Positions 33,689 to 42,895 of a stretch of 60,220 nt of DNA are shown one piece after another (position 1 is the first letter of the stretch; each line of letters opens with the position of its first letter). The DNA comes from an uncultured Candidatus Saccharibacteria bacterium (lineage in GTDB: Bacteria > Patescibacteriota > Minisyncoccia > Phycocordibacterales > UBA2135), in contig CAYGCZ010000002.1 of NCBI GenBank assembly GCA_964348495.1, positions 8,588-68,807 on the forward strand, in the 5' to 3' direction. Under the pieces are notes generated by a model that searched no databases, had not been told where the DNA came from, and saw only the letters and a list, made by a program, of their open reading frames with translations. The position numbers were made by a program, and so were the translations under genes.

Positions 33689-35437
33689 TCACTGCGCATT
33701 TGGGTGCTTCTCGCCGACAAGGCGCGCGATGAGTGCGTCGTGCGCGAGGGGTTCGGAGAGTCCTTTCACGCGATGCTCCAGAGCGTATGCGCCACTCTCA
33801 ATCTCTTTGTCACCGATGACGATCCAATACGGCAGTTTGTGGGTCTTGACGGCGCGGATTCGTTTGCCGAGCGTCTCGTCCTCGCTGTGATACTCGGCGC
33901 GGATGCCGGCTTCTGTGAGTGCGGTATAGAGCGATCGGGCATGGTCGGCATGCGCCGCCGCGACAGGGAGGATGGCGATCTGTACGGGGGCGATCCAGAA
34001 GGGGAATGCGCCGGCGTAGTGCTCAATGAGGATGCCCATGAAGCGTTCCAGAGAGCCGGAGATGGCACGATGGATCACGACGGGGCGCTCCTTCTCGCCC
34101 TTTTCGTTTATAAACGAGAGATCAAAGCGCTCGGGGAGGTTGAAGTCGCACTGGATGGTGGCGAGTTGCCACTCTCGGCCGATGGCATCTTTGAACATGA
34201 AGTCGAGCTTGGGGCCATAGAAAGCGGCTTCACCCTCGACGCGCTTGTAGTTGAGGCTATTTTCTTTCGCCGCTCGTTCAAGGGCCACCTCCGCCGTTTG
34301 CCAGACCTCGTCATCGCCGAGATACTTCTCGCGATTGTCGTCGCGTACCGAGAGGGAGACCCAATAACCGTCCATCATGCCAAAGGTTGTGTAGAAGGAC
34401 TTGATGATGGAGACGATCGTTGATACCTCGCTCTCTATGTGTGAGATGCGGCAAAAGAGGTGTCCGTCGTCTTGGGTGATTGAGCGCACGCGCGTGAGCC
34501 CGCCGAGCTGGCCGGACTTTTCGTCGCGGTAGACGGTCGCCGGTTCAAAGTAGCGCATCGGCATATCGCGGTAGGAGAAGTGGTTGTCGGCAAAGATCTG
34601 CATGTGGTGCGGGCAGTTCATCGGCTTCATGATAAACTTTTCTTCTTTGCCCGAGACGCGGAAGAGCTCGTCGCCGAACTTTGCCGCATGACCGGAGGTT
34701 ATGTAGAGTTCCTCGCGCGCGATGTGCGGCGTCCAGACACGATGGTAGTGTTTGCCTGTATGGAGGTCCCAGAGGAAGTCTTCAATTGTTTTGCGGATGA
34801 TCATGCCCTTGGGCTGGATGAGCGGCAATCCGGCGCCTATAAGGGGAGAGATGGTGAACAGCCCCAGCTCCTTGCCGAGTTTTTTGTGGTCGCGTTTCTT
34901 GGCTTCTTCCATCATCGTGAGATGGGCGCCCAGCTCGGTTTTGCTTTCAAAAGCGAGGCCATAGATGCGGGTGAGCATCGGGTTCTTTTCATCGCCGCGC
35001 CAGTAGGCGCCCGCAAGGTGGGTGAGAGTAAAGGCATCGCTTGCTATCTCTCCCGTTGCCTCCGCGTGGCCGCCCTTGCACAGGTCGGTGAAGTCGCCGA
35101 CGGTGTAGGCGGTCAAGGTCTTGCCCTCAGTGGCGTACTCGCGCAAGAGCTCAAGCTTAAACGGCTCGTTGGCAAAGAGTACTTCGCCTTCTTCTAGGGT
35201 GATCTCGCGCCCCGTCATGGGCAGGTTGCGGGCAATCAGGCCGCGCATCTTTTTTTCAAACGCCCTAAGATCGCTCTCCGAGGGCGTCTTTGAGAAGAGG
35301 AAGTCGTAGTAGAAGCCGGTATCCGTCGTGGGGCCGATGCCCAACTTGACGGCAGGGTCAAACTCCTTGGCTGTCGTCGCCAACAGGTGAGCCAGCGTGT
35401 GGCGAATAGCGTGTAGATGCTCGTTTTTTTCTTCCAT
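33689..35437 (-). CDS. thrS: Threonine--tRNA ligase lacking the N-terminal TGS domain
   Basis: It begins directly at the editing-domain motif IRHTLAHLLA. Class II motifs and an anticodon-binding domain are present. The ORF-track extension to 35506 runs into a palindrome, so I use the ATG at 35437 after GGAG. Confidence 0.9.
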   Translation of the reverse strand: MEEKNEHLHAIRHTLAHLLATTAKEFDPAVKLGIGPTTDTGFYYDFLFSKTPSESDLRAFEKKMRGLIARNLPMTGREITLEEGEVLFANEPFKLELLREYATEGKTLTAYTVGDFTDLCKGGHAEATGEIASDAFTLTHLAGAYWRGDEKNPMLTRIYGLAFESKTELGAHLTMMEEAKKRDHKKLGKELGLFTISPLIGAGLPLIQPKGMIIRKTIEDFLWDLHTGKHYHRVWTPHIAREELYITSGHAAKFGDELFRVSGKEEKFIMKPMNCPHHMQIFADNHFSYRDMPMRYFEPATVYRDEKSGQLGGLTRVRSITQDDGHLFCRISHIESEVSTIVSIIKSFYTTFGMMDGYWVSLSVRDDNREKYLGDDEVWQTAEVALERAAKENSLNYKRVEGEAAFYGPKLDFMFKDAIGREWQLATIQCDFNLPERFDLSFINEKGEKERPVVIHRAISGSLERFMGILIEHYAGAFPFWIAPVQIAILPVAAAHADHARSLYTALTEAGIRAEYHSEDETLGKRIRAVKTHKLPYWIVIGDKEIESGAYALEHRVKGLSEPLAHDALIARLVGEKHPNAQ

Positions 35438-35478
35438 ATTTCTCCATAGTACGTGAGAACAAACCACCCCGCAACGCA

Positions 35479-35516
35479 GTAACCTAAAATGATGCACGTG
35501 CATCATTTTAGGTTAC
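35479..35516. repeat. 38-bp perfect palindrome GTAACCTAAAATGATGCAC|GTGCATCATTTTAGGTTAC
   Basis: Verified by hand as an exact reverse complement. It lies in the divergent intergenic region between thrS and ORF 35634. Confidence 0.95.
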
Positions 35517-35633
35517 GATTTTATAATCCCGAACCGGCCTGAACCGACCCGAACAGGGGTGGTTGTTTTTTTGCTGGGTGTGTGGTACGGTGAGGCCTGA
35601 TTTCACGCAAACACCTATAACCGAGGAGGATGT

Positions 35634-35819
35634 ATGTCAGATTGTGATGGCTGTTGCAGTTGCGGATCAAGAAGGGGAGCGCGCGGTATAACCCAAGAGG
35701 AGAAGGCTGAGAGGTGGAAAAAAATGAGGGAATACAACTTTTTACCCCAAGATTCTTTTTGGGGAAAAGTAAAAAAACAGGGAGGGAGATTCCTGCAGAG
35801 ATTTAAAACAAAGAGATGA
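35634..35819 (+). CDS. Small protein with Cys-rich N-terminus (CDGCCSC) and basic C-terminus
   Basis: A GAGGAGG Shine-Dalgarno sequence 5 nt upstream and a strong terminator at 35825..35853. No recognised family. Confidence 0.5.
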   Translation: MSDCDGCCSCGSRRGARGITQEEKAERWKKMREYNFLPQDSFWGKVKKQGGRFLQRFKTKR

Positions 35820-35824
35820 TCCTC

Positions 35825-35853
35825 AAAACGCGCACCATGGTGCGCGTTTTTTT
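35825..35853 (+). terminator. Intrinsic terminator after ORF 35634
   Basis: AAAACGCGCACC-AT-GGTGCGCGTTTTTTT. Confidence 0.8.
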
Positions 35854-35898
35854 ATACCACTATAGAACCTGCGGATCAGGAGTTTTGAACGTGATACA

Positions 35899-36924
35899 AT
35901 GCCAATACGTATGGAAGAAACAGGATCACACAACGACATACTTATTTATACCGCTGATGGTGGTGTGCCGCGCCTTGAGGTGCGCATGCAAGGGGAGACG
36001 GTATGGCTTAATCAAGCCCAGGTTGCCGAGCTGTTCGGGGTACAGCGACCAGCCGTTACCAAGCACCTGCAAAATATCTTTGAAAGTGGCGAATTGGACG
36101 AGGATTCAGTTAGTTCCATTTTGGAACATACTGCTACCGACGGAAAAACTTACAAAACAAAGTTTTATAACCTTGATGTCGTTATCTCAGTAGGGTATCG
36201 GATACACTCCGCTACCGCTACTCGTTTCCGTCAGTGGGCAACGGCACGGCTCAGGGAATATATTGTAAAGGGTTTTACCATGGACGACGAACGCCTCAAA
36301 AACCTCGGCGGCGGTGGCTACTGGAAGGAGCTCCTTGGGCGCATTCGTGATATTCGCGCGAGCGAGAAGGTCTTTTATCGCCAAATATTAGAAATCTATG
36401 CGACGAGTATTGATTATGATAAGGACGTTCAATTATCACAAGACTTTTTCAAAAAGGTGCAAAATAAAGTCCACTATGCGGTACATGGCAATACCGCCGC
36501 CGAAGTCGTTTATTATCGCGCCGACGCGGAAAAAGATTTTATGGGACTTACGACATTTGTCGGATCAAAGCCGCGACTTACTGATGTAAAAACGGCAAAA
36601 AATTATTTGGATGAAAAGGAGCTGCGCGCCCTCGGGCAGATCGTCTCCGGGTATTTGGACTTTGCCGAGCGTCAAGCGGAACGTGAAGTGCCGATGAAGA
36701 TGGAGGATTGGGTGAAGCACCTCGATGCCATCCTCACCTCAACGGGAGAGGAGCTTTTGCTTGGTGCAGGCAAGATTAGCCACGAACAAGCGATGGAGAA
36801 AGCAGAGGGGGAGTACAAAAAATATCAGCAAAAAACCTTGAGCGACGTCGAACGCGCCTATCTCGATAGTGTGAAGGTGTTGGAGAAGAAGGTTGAGAAG
36901 GATATCGATGAAATGAAGGAATAA
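35899..36924 (+). CDS. RhuM-family protein
   Basis: ETVWLNQAQVAELFGV..., YNLDVVISVGYRIHS..ATRFRQWAT..L.EYIVKGF..DDERLK is typical of RhuM. An alternative start exists at 35911. Confidence 0.8.
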   Translation: MPIRMEETGSHNDILIYTADGGVPRLEVRMQGETVWLNQAQVAELFGVQRPAVTKHLQNIFESGELDEDSVSSILEHTATDGKTYKTKFYNLDVVISVGYRIHSATATRFRQWATARLREYIVKGFTMDDERLKNLGGGGYWKELLGRIRDIRASEKVFYRQILEIYATSIDYDKDVQLSQDFFKKVQNKVHYAVHGNTAAEVVYYRADAEKDFMGLTTFVGSKPRLTDVKTAKNYLDEKELRALGQIVSGYLDFAERQAEREVPMKMEDWVKHLDAILTSTGEELLLGAGKISHEQAMEKAEGEYKKYQQKTLSDVERAYLDSVKVLEKKVEKDIDEMKE

Positions 36925-37015
36925 AGAGAAGCTCCATGAAAAGAAAACCCGACATGGATCTTTTTGAGCGTGGGGTGTGAGAGGGGTGCAACGCACCGAG
37001 GGTATCTGACAGGCT

Positions 37016-40000
37016 CTATACCAACTTCTTTATGCTCTCCACGAGCATGCTCAACTCATCGTTGCGGCGCGAGACTTTTCCCTCAATCAGGAGCGGCAGG
37101 TTGGGAACGAGGAGGTCTTTGACCTCGGCATAGGTGCGGGGGAAGACGACGGCCTCAAGCAAGTCGTTCCAGTCGGCTATTTTTACGAAGGCCATTTGCT
37201 CGCCCTTGCCGGTTAAGATGACCTTGACCTCCTCCACAATGACCGCGACGCGCGCCACCTTGCCCTCGTCGTACTTGCGCACGCGGCCGAGAGAAAGTTT
37301 TAAGAGCTCGATACGCCGCGCGTGTTTGTCGAGCGGATGTCCGGAGACATAGAGGCCAAGGAGATCTTTCTCGCACTGGAGCTTTTCTTCGGTAGGCACC
37401 GCCTTACCCTTGCGCAGACGCAGGGTGGGGAGGGTGGCGGTATCCGCCATAAGGCCGAAGAGCGAGTGCTGGGATTCGCTGGCCTTCCCGTGTTGGCGGT
37501 GGTAGGCGAGCAGGTCGTCGAGATTCTCGAGCATGGTGCCGCGGTCGTCGAGCGCATCGAGCGCGCCGCATTTGATAAGCGCCTCAAACGATTTTTTATT
37601 GAGACTTTTTTGGTTCACGCGCGCGAGCATGTCGGGGAAGGAGGTGAAGGGGCCGTGCTTCTTGCGCTCGGCGATCAGCGCATCGGCGACCTCGTTGCCG
37701 AAGTTTTTTATGGAGTAGAGGCCGAAGCGGATCGCGGGCTTGCCGGCCTCGTCGCGCACGACGGCAAAGGTTCCCTCGCTCTCGTTCACATCGGGGCGCA
37801 AGACGGCGATACCCATGCGGCGGCACTCGGCGACGAACTCGGCGATCTTCTCCACATCGCCCGCGTCGGCGGTTAAGATCGCGGTCATATACTCGGCCGG
37901 GTAGTTGGCCTTCATATAGGCGGTCTGATAGGCGACGCGGCCATAGCTCGCGGCGTGCGCTTTGTTGAAGCCGTAGGCGGCGAAGGTCTCGATCTTTTCC
38001 CACAGCTCGTGCACGGCTTCCTTGCTCATGCCGCCGTCGATACACCCCTTCATGAACTTGTCTTTTTGGGCCTGCATCTCTTCGGGGATCTTCTTGCCGA
38101 TGGCCTTGCGAAACTTGTCGGCCTCGCCCCAGCTGTAGCCGGCCATTCCAATAGCCATCAGGAGAATGTCGTCCTGGTAGGTGATGATGCCGTAGGATGC
38201 CTCAAGGATATTCTTCATGCGCGGGTCGAGGTAGGTGATCTTGGAGGGGTCATCCTTGCGCGCAATGTAGTCGGGTATGAAGGCCATCGGCCCCGGGCGG
38301 TAGAGGGCGACCATGGCGTTGATGTCGTGGATGGAGGTGGGTTTGAGCTCCTTCAAGTAGCGCGTCATGCCCGCACCGTTCAACTGAAAGAGCGCCATCG
38401 TCTGCCCCTCGGTGAGGAGCTTGAAGGTGGCGGGGTCGTCCATGGGGATCCGCTCAATATCAATCTCGGCGCCATGATGCTTTTTGACGAGGGCGATGGC
38501 GTCGGCGAGGATGGAGAGGTTTTTGAGGCCGAGGAAGTCGAACTTCAGAAGCCCCATGTCTTCAACGCAGTGCATGTCGTACTGGGTGATGATCTTTTCG
38601 CCGCCCGGATCGTACTGGACGGGGATGAACTCATCGAGCGGGCGCGGCGAAATGACGACGCCGGCGGCGTGGATGGAGACGTGGCGCACCGTGCCCTCAA
38701 GACGGCGTGCGAGGTCGATGATCTCTCGCGCGTCGTCTTCTTGTTTGTAGATTGCGTCGAGTTCGGGGATCATCTCCAAAGCGCGATCGATCGTCATGGG
38801 AAAGCCCTGCGAACCCATGGGGATGAGTTTGGAGATGCGGTCGCCGACGGCATACGGGTGGCCCGTGGCGCGCGCCACGTCGCGCACGGATCCGCGCGCC
38901 ATCATGGTACCGTAGGTGCCGATCTGGGCGACGTTGCCGTCGCCGTATTTTGCGCGGGCGTACTGCACCATCTCGTCGCGGCGGGTATCGGCGAAGTCCA
39001 TGTCGATATCGGGCGCGGAGGGTCGCTCGGGGTTTAAGAAGCGTTCAAAGGGAAGTTTGAAGGCGAGGGGATCGACGTTGGTGATACCTGTCAGATATGA
39101 GACGAAGGATCCTGCGGCGGAGCCGCGCGTCGTGGTGAGGATGCCGCTTGTGCGGGCGAATTGAAGCAGGTCGGAGACGACGAGGAAGTAGGGTGAAAAG
39201 CCTTTTTTTTGAATAATGCCGAGCTCGTATTCTATACGATCGCGCACCTCGGGCGTCTCTTCAATGCCGCGAAAGGCGAGGCCTGCATAGGCGGCGCGGC
39301 GAAGCTCCTCGTCGTGGGTCGTACCTTCAGGTATTACGAACAAGGGAAAGGTCCACGTGCCGAGGGTGAATTCGAGGTTGCATCGGTCGGCGATTTTTAG
39401 GGTGTTCTCCACCGCTTCGGGGACGTCTTTAAAATACTCGCAGGCCGTCTTGGCGTCGATGAACGAAAAATCATCGCCCGAGGTAAAGAGGGTACGGGCG
39501 TCGTCGGAGTCGGCACCATGTGCGACGGCGAGGAGCGCCTCGTGGGCGGGCACATCGGCGGCGTGAAGGTAGTGCGAGTCTTGCGTGGCGACGAGCGGGA
39601 TGCCAAGCGTGCGTGAAAGCGCGATCGTCCCCTCGCGTATGCCGCTATTTTCGGTGACGAGCGGGTGGTGGGTTATCTCCAGGTAATAGTTGTCTTTGCC
39701 GAAGATGTCTTGATACTCACGGGCAATCTCCTCGGCTTTGGTGGTCGCGCCGCTCGCAAGTGCGCGGGCAAGCTCGGAGGAGCCGCATCCGGAGAGGCAG
39801 ATCAAACCCTCGGCGTGCGCGCGAAGCGTCTCTTTGTCTATGCGCGGTTTGTGATGAAAGCCGTGCAGGTGTCCGGCGGTTACCAATTTGACGAGATTGG
39901 TGTAGCCCGTAGTATCCTTGGCGAGGAGGGTGAGGTGGTGGCGGTCGCCCTCGGGGCTTGGGCGGCGATCACCCATCGCATAGGAGGTAACGTATGCCTC

Positions 40001-40195
40001 CATGCCGATGATGGGTTTGATATTCTTTTTTTTGCAGGCCTTGTAAAACTCCACAGCCCCATAAAGTGAGCCGTGGTCGGTGAGCGCCAGGGCTGGCATG
40101 CCGTGAGATGCCGCCAACGCGACCATTTCGGGGATGTTGGAGAGCCCGTCCAAAAAGGAGTAGTGAGAGTGCGTGTGGAGGTGGACGAACGACAT
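37016..40195 (-). CDS. dnaE: DNA polymerase III alpha subunit
   Basis: PHP-domain N-terminus MSFVHLHTHSHYSFLDG. The 1059-aa protein has the usual polymerase core and OB-fold order. Confidence 0.95.
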   Translation of the reverse strand: MSFVHLHTHSHYSFLDGLSNIPEMVALAASHGMPALALTDHGSLYGAVEFYKACKKKNIKPIIGMEAYVTSYAMGDRRPSPEGDRHHLTLLAKDTTGYTNLVKLVTAGHLHGFHHKPRIDKETLRAHAEGLICLSGCGSSELARALASGATTKAEEIAREYQDIFGKDNYYLEITHHPLVTENSGIREGTIALSRTLGIPLVATQDSHYLHAADVPAHEALLAVAHGADSDDARTLFTSGDDFSFIDAKTACEYFKDVPEAVENTLKIADRCNLEFTLGTWTFPLFVIPEGTTHDEELRRAAYAGLAFRGIEETPEVRDRIEYELGIIQKKGFSPYFLVVSDLLQFARTSGILTTTRGSAAGSFVSYLTGITNVDPLAFKLPFERFLNPERPSAPDIDMDFADTRRDEMVQYARAKYGDGNVAQIGTYGTMMARGSVRDVARATGHPYAVGDRISKLIPMGSQGFPMTIDRALEMIPELDAIYKQEDDAREIIDLARRLEGTVRHVSIHAAGVVISPRPLDEFIPVQYDPGGEKIITQYDMHCVEDMGLLKFDFLGLKNLSILADAIALVKKHHGAEIDIERIPMDDPATFKLLTEGQTMALFQLNGAGMTRYLKELKPTSIHDINAMVALYRPGPMAFIPDYIARKDDPSKITYLDPRMKNILEASYGIITYQDDILLMAIGMAGYSWGEADKFRKAIGKKIPEEMQAQKDKFMKGCIDGGMSKEAVHELWEKIETFAAYGFNKAHAASYGRVAYQTAYMKANYPAEYMTAILTADAGDVEKIAEFVAECRRMGIAVLRPDVNESEGTFAVVRDEAGKPAIRFGLYSIKNFGNEVADALIAERKKHGPFTSFPDMLARVNQKSLNKKSFEALIKCGALDALDDRGTMLENLDDLLAYHRQHGKASESQHSLFGLMADTATLPTLRLRKGKAVPTEEKLQCEKDLLGLYVSGHPLDKHARRIELLKLSLGRVRKYDEGKVARVAVIVEEVKVILTGKGEQMAFVKIADWNDLLEAVVFPRTYAEVKDLLVPNLPLLIEGKVSRRNDELSMLVESIKKLV

Positions 40196-40250
40196 GATAC
40201 TATAATAGCACGTTGCGGCGGCACGTCGCCGACAGTTCGCTTACAGTATC

Positions 40251-40847
40251 ATGAAATATTTGGTGGGAGTAGATGAAGCGGGAAGGGGGCCTTTGGCGGG
40301 GCCGGTTTCGGTGGGGGCTGTGCTCTGGCGGGGTACCTATGTTAAAAGCTCGGTTTTTAACATGTTTGAAGGGTTGAACGATAGTAAAAAATTGACCGCG
40401 CGTGCACGCGAGCGGCTCTACGCGCGCCTCGTAGAGGCGCGCGACGAGGGCCTGCTTGATTTCGCCGTGTGCTTTTCGTCGCACACAATTATCGACCGGC
40501 AAGGTATTGTCCCTGCGATACGGAGCGCGCTTGCGCGGGCACTCGGCGGCATCGCCTGCGGCGATGCCGCCGAGTGCCGCATCCTCCTAGACGGCGGTCT
40601 GCGTGCTCCGGCACACTTCACGGATCAAGAGACGATCATCCGTGGCGATGGGGTGGAGCCGCTCATCATGCTCGCCGCAATCGCCGCAAAAGTGGAGCGC
40701 GACACGCTGATGCGCCGCGCCGCCACACAGTATCCGCACTATGGCTTTGAGACACATAAAGGGTATGGCACCAGAGCGCATTATGAGGCATTGCACCGCC
40801 ATGGGCCGTGTGAACTGCATCGAATGAGCTTTTTGAAGTCGTTGTAG
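40251..40847 (+). CDS. rnhB: Ribonuclease HII
   Basis: VGVDEAGRGPLAGPV and DSKKL. Confidence 0.92.
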   Translation: MKYLVGVDEAGRGPLAGPVSVGAVLWRGTYVKSSVFNMFEGLNDSKKLTARARERLYARLVEARDEGLLDFAVCFSSHTIIDRQGIVPAIRSALARALGGIACGDAAECRILLDGGLRAPAHFTDQETIIRGDGVEPLIMLAAIAAKVERDTLMRRAATQYPHYGFETHKGYGTRAHYEALHRHGPCELHRMSFLKSL

Positions 40848-40877
40848 GCCTTTTTTCTTGCCTTTTTTAAGCCACTA

Positions 40878-40885
40878 TGTATAAT
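40878..40885 (+). promoter_or_regulatory. Extended -10 (TGTATAAT), 8 nt from the rpmF ATG
   Basis: Sequence match and spacing. Confidence 0.5.
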
Positions 40886-40893
40886 AAACAATT

Positions 40894-41109
40894 ATGGTAG
40901 TACGAATGCGACATACGCGGGCGCACACGGCAAATCGCCGTTCGCACCACGCTCTCACGGCGCCCCGCCTCTCGGCATGCGTCGAGTGCAAGGCAATGCA
41001 CGTCCGTCACCGCGCCTGCCCTTCATGCGGCACCTATCGCGGCAAGGCGGCTATGGCCTCGCGCACCGTCGCGGCACGCCCTTCAAAGAAGGCCGCCGTA
41101 AAGGCATAA
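40894..41109 (+). CDS. rpmF: Ribosomal protein L32
   Basis: RHTRAHTANRRSHHAL and the CxxC..CxxC zinc ribbon. Confidence 0.88.
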   Translation: MVVRMRHTRAHTANRRSHHALTAPRLSACVECKAMHVRHRACPSCGTYRGKAAMASRTVAARPSKKAAVKA

Positions 41110-41179
41110 GTTTTGGGTCTTTACGACCCCCGCGCCCTCTCGGCGCATATCTGCTCATTGATTTCACTATCTCCTCACC

Positions 41180-42079
41180 ATGGCAAACAGGCACCTTTCG
41201 CGAAGTATCGTCCTCCAAACGCTCTTTGAGTGGGATTTCAACGGTCGGGATGACGCGCATGCGCAGGGTATCGTCGATCGCGACATCGCCGAGTTCGCTC
41301 CGGGCTCCGGCGATGTGAGCTTCACCAAGGAATTGCTCGCCAATATCTTGAGCAAGCGTTCATCGCTTGATGCCATCATCGAAAAGGCGGCACCCGAGTG
41401 GCCGCTCGACAAGATCTCCATCGTCGATCGCAACGTCTTGCGCATCGGTCTCTATGAGTTGCTCTACGGCGACAAGAAAGAAGTACCCGCCAAGGTGGCG
41501 ATCAACGAGGCGATTGAGCTTGCCAAGACCTTCAGCGGCGTCAACAGCGGCAAGTTTGTAAACGGCGTCTTGGGCTCCGTCTATCGCGAGATGGGCGAGC
41601 CGGGCAAAGACGAGGTCGGCACGCGCGGCAAGCGCGGGCCGGTAGACCCGTCAAAGATGATTATCGAGCGTCTTGGCGGTGCCGTCGTCTATGCGCACAA
41701 AGACGGCGAGGTCTTTTTTGCCCTCGTGCACGACGTCTTCGGTTACTGGACATTGTCCAAGGGCAAGATGGAGGGCGAAGAAGACGCGACGACGGGCACC
41801 ATCCGCGAGATCAAAGAAGAGATGGGTATCGATATCGCCATCAAGGCCGATATCGGCACCAACGAATACATTGCCAGCGATCCGGAGCGCGGCAAGATTC
41901 GCAAACAAGTCCATTACTTCCTCGGCGAGGCGCCGTATGGCGCACTGACCCTTGGCACCTCGGGCGGCTTGGACGATACGCGCTGGTTCCCCCTTGCCGA
42001 ACTGCCCAACCTGCGCATGTACGACGACATTCTTCCCATCATCACGAAGGGTATTGAATTGCTCCGCGCGCAGGGGTAG
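41180..42079 (+). CDS. nusB: NusB antitermination factor fused to a C-terminal NUDIX hydrolase domain
   Basis: The NusB part contains DRNVLRIGLYELLY and INEAIELAK.F...SGKFVNGVLG. After a linker comes a perfect NUDIX box, GKMEGEEDATTGTIREIKEEMGI. Confidence 0.8.
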   Translation: MANRHLSRSIVLQTLFEWDFNGRDDAHAQGIVDRDIAEFAPGSGDVSFTKELLANILSKRSSLDAIIEKAAPEWPLDKISIVDRNVLRIGLYELLYGDKKEVPAKVAINEAIELAKTFSGVNSGKFVNGVLGSVYREMGEPGKDEVGTRGKRGPVDPSKMIIERLGGAVVYAHKDGEVFFALVHDVFGYWTLSKGKMEGEEDATTGTIREIKEEMGIDIAIKADIGTNEYIASDPERGKIRKQVHYFLGEAPYGALTLGTSGGLDDTRWFPLAELPNLRMYDDILPIITKGIELLRAQG

Positions 42080-42188
42080 CGCCGACAGCCGGTTTTGTTT
42101 ATCAGTTCATCATGTACGCAAATTGCGGAATAGCATATGACCGTCGGTCACTGACATTCCATAGTTTGTGTCATACATAATACGTTGT

Positions 42189-42884
42189 ATGCACAGTAAT
42201 TTCTCTGATTTTGAGCACAAGGTCGGCATCACCTTCGCCGACAAAAAACTTTTGCGCCAGGCATTCCTCCATCGCTCGTATCTCAACGAGCATCCCGACG
42301 AAGAGTCGGGGCACAACGAGCGTTTGGAATTTCTCGGCGACGCCGTTTTGGAGCTCGTCGTAACCGACTTTCTCTACAAGGCCTACCCCGACAAGACGGA
42401 GGGCGACCTTACCGTGTATCGCGCCGCCATGGTCAACACCAACAGCATCTCCGATGCCGCGCATGCTCTTGGCATGAACGACTACCTCCTTCTCTCCAAA
42501 GGTGAGGCAAAGGACACCGGCAAGTCGCGCAGTTATATCCTCGCCAATACCTTCGAGGCCTTTATCGGCGCCGTGTATCTCGACCGAGGCTACGATGCCG
42601 CGCAGGCATTTATCGCGCGGATGCTCTTCGACAAGGTGGATGCTATTGTGAAGGGCCGCCTTTGGCAGGACGACAAGAGCCGCTTCCAAGAAAAGGCGCA
42701 AGAGGTTCGCGGCATCACGCCCGCATACCGCGTGCTCAAAGAAGATGGCCCCGACCACGACAAGACCTTTACCGTCGGCGTCTTCCTCAATGAGGAACAG
42801 TTTGGCGAGGGGAATGGTCACTCCAAACAAGATGCCGAACAACACGCCGCCCACGATGCGCTCGCAAAGACGGGGTGGAAGTAG
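42189..42884 (+). CDS. rnc: Ribonuclease III
   Basis: NERLEFLGDAVLELVV signature and a C-terminal dsRBD. Confidence 0.92.
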   Translation: MHSNFSDFEHKVGITFADKKLLRQAFLHRSYLNEHPDEESGHNERLEFLGDAVLELVVTDFLYKAYPDKTEGDLTVYRAAMVNTNSISDAAHALGMNDYLLLSKGEAKDTGKSRSYILANTFEAFIGAVYLDRGYDAAQAFIARMLFDKVDAIVKGRLWQDDKSRFQEKAQEVRGITPAYRVLKEDGPDHDKTFTVGVFLNEEQFGEGNGHSKQDAEQHAAHDALAKTGWK

Positions 42885-42895
42885 ATGGGGAATTT

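Noticed and set aside
35438-35506. Longer thrS start (ATG ATG at 35506/35503)
   Set aside because: These ATGs are simply the CATCAT of the 38-bp palindrome. The added residues (MMHVHHFRLLRCGVVC...) have no ThrRS similarity.
35556-35572. T-box riboswitch upstream of thrS (GGGGTGGT resembles the T-box core)
   Set aside because: The GGGTGG motif is on the + strand, whereas thrS is transcribed from the - strand. I could not find a specifier-loop, AG-bulge or F-box series on either strand.
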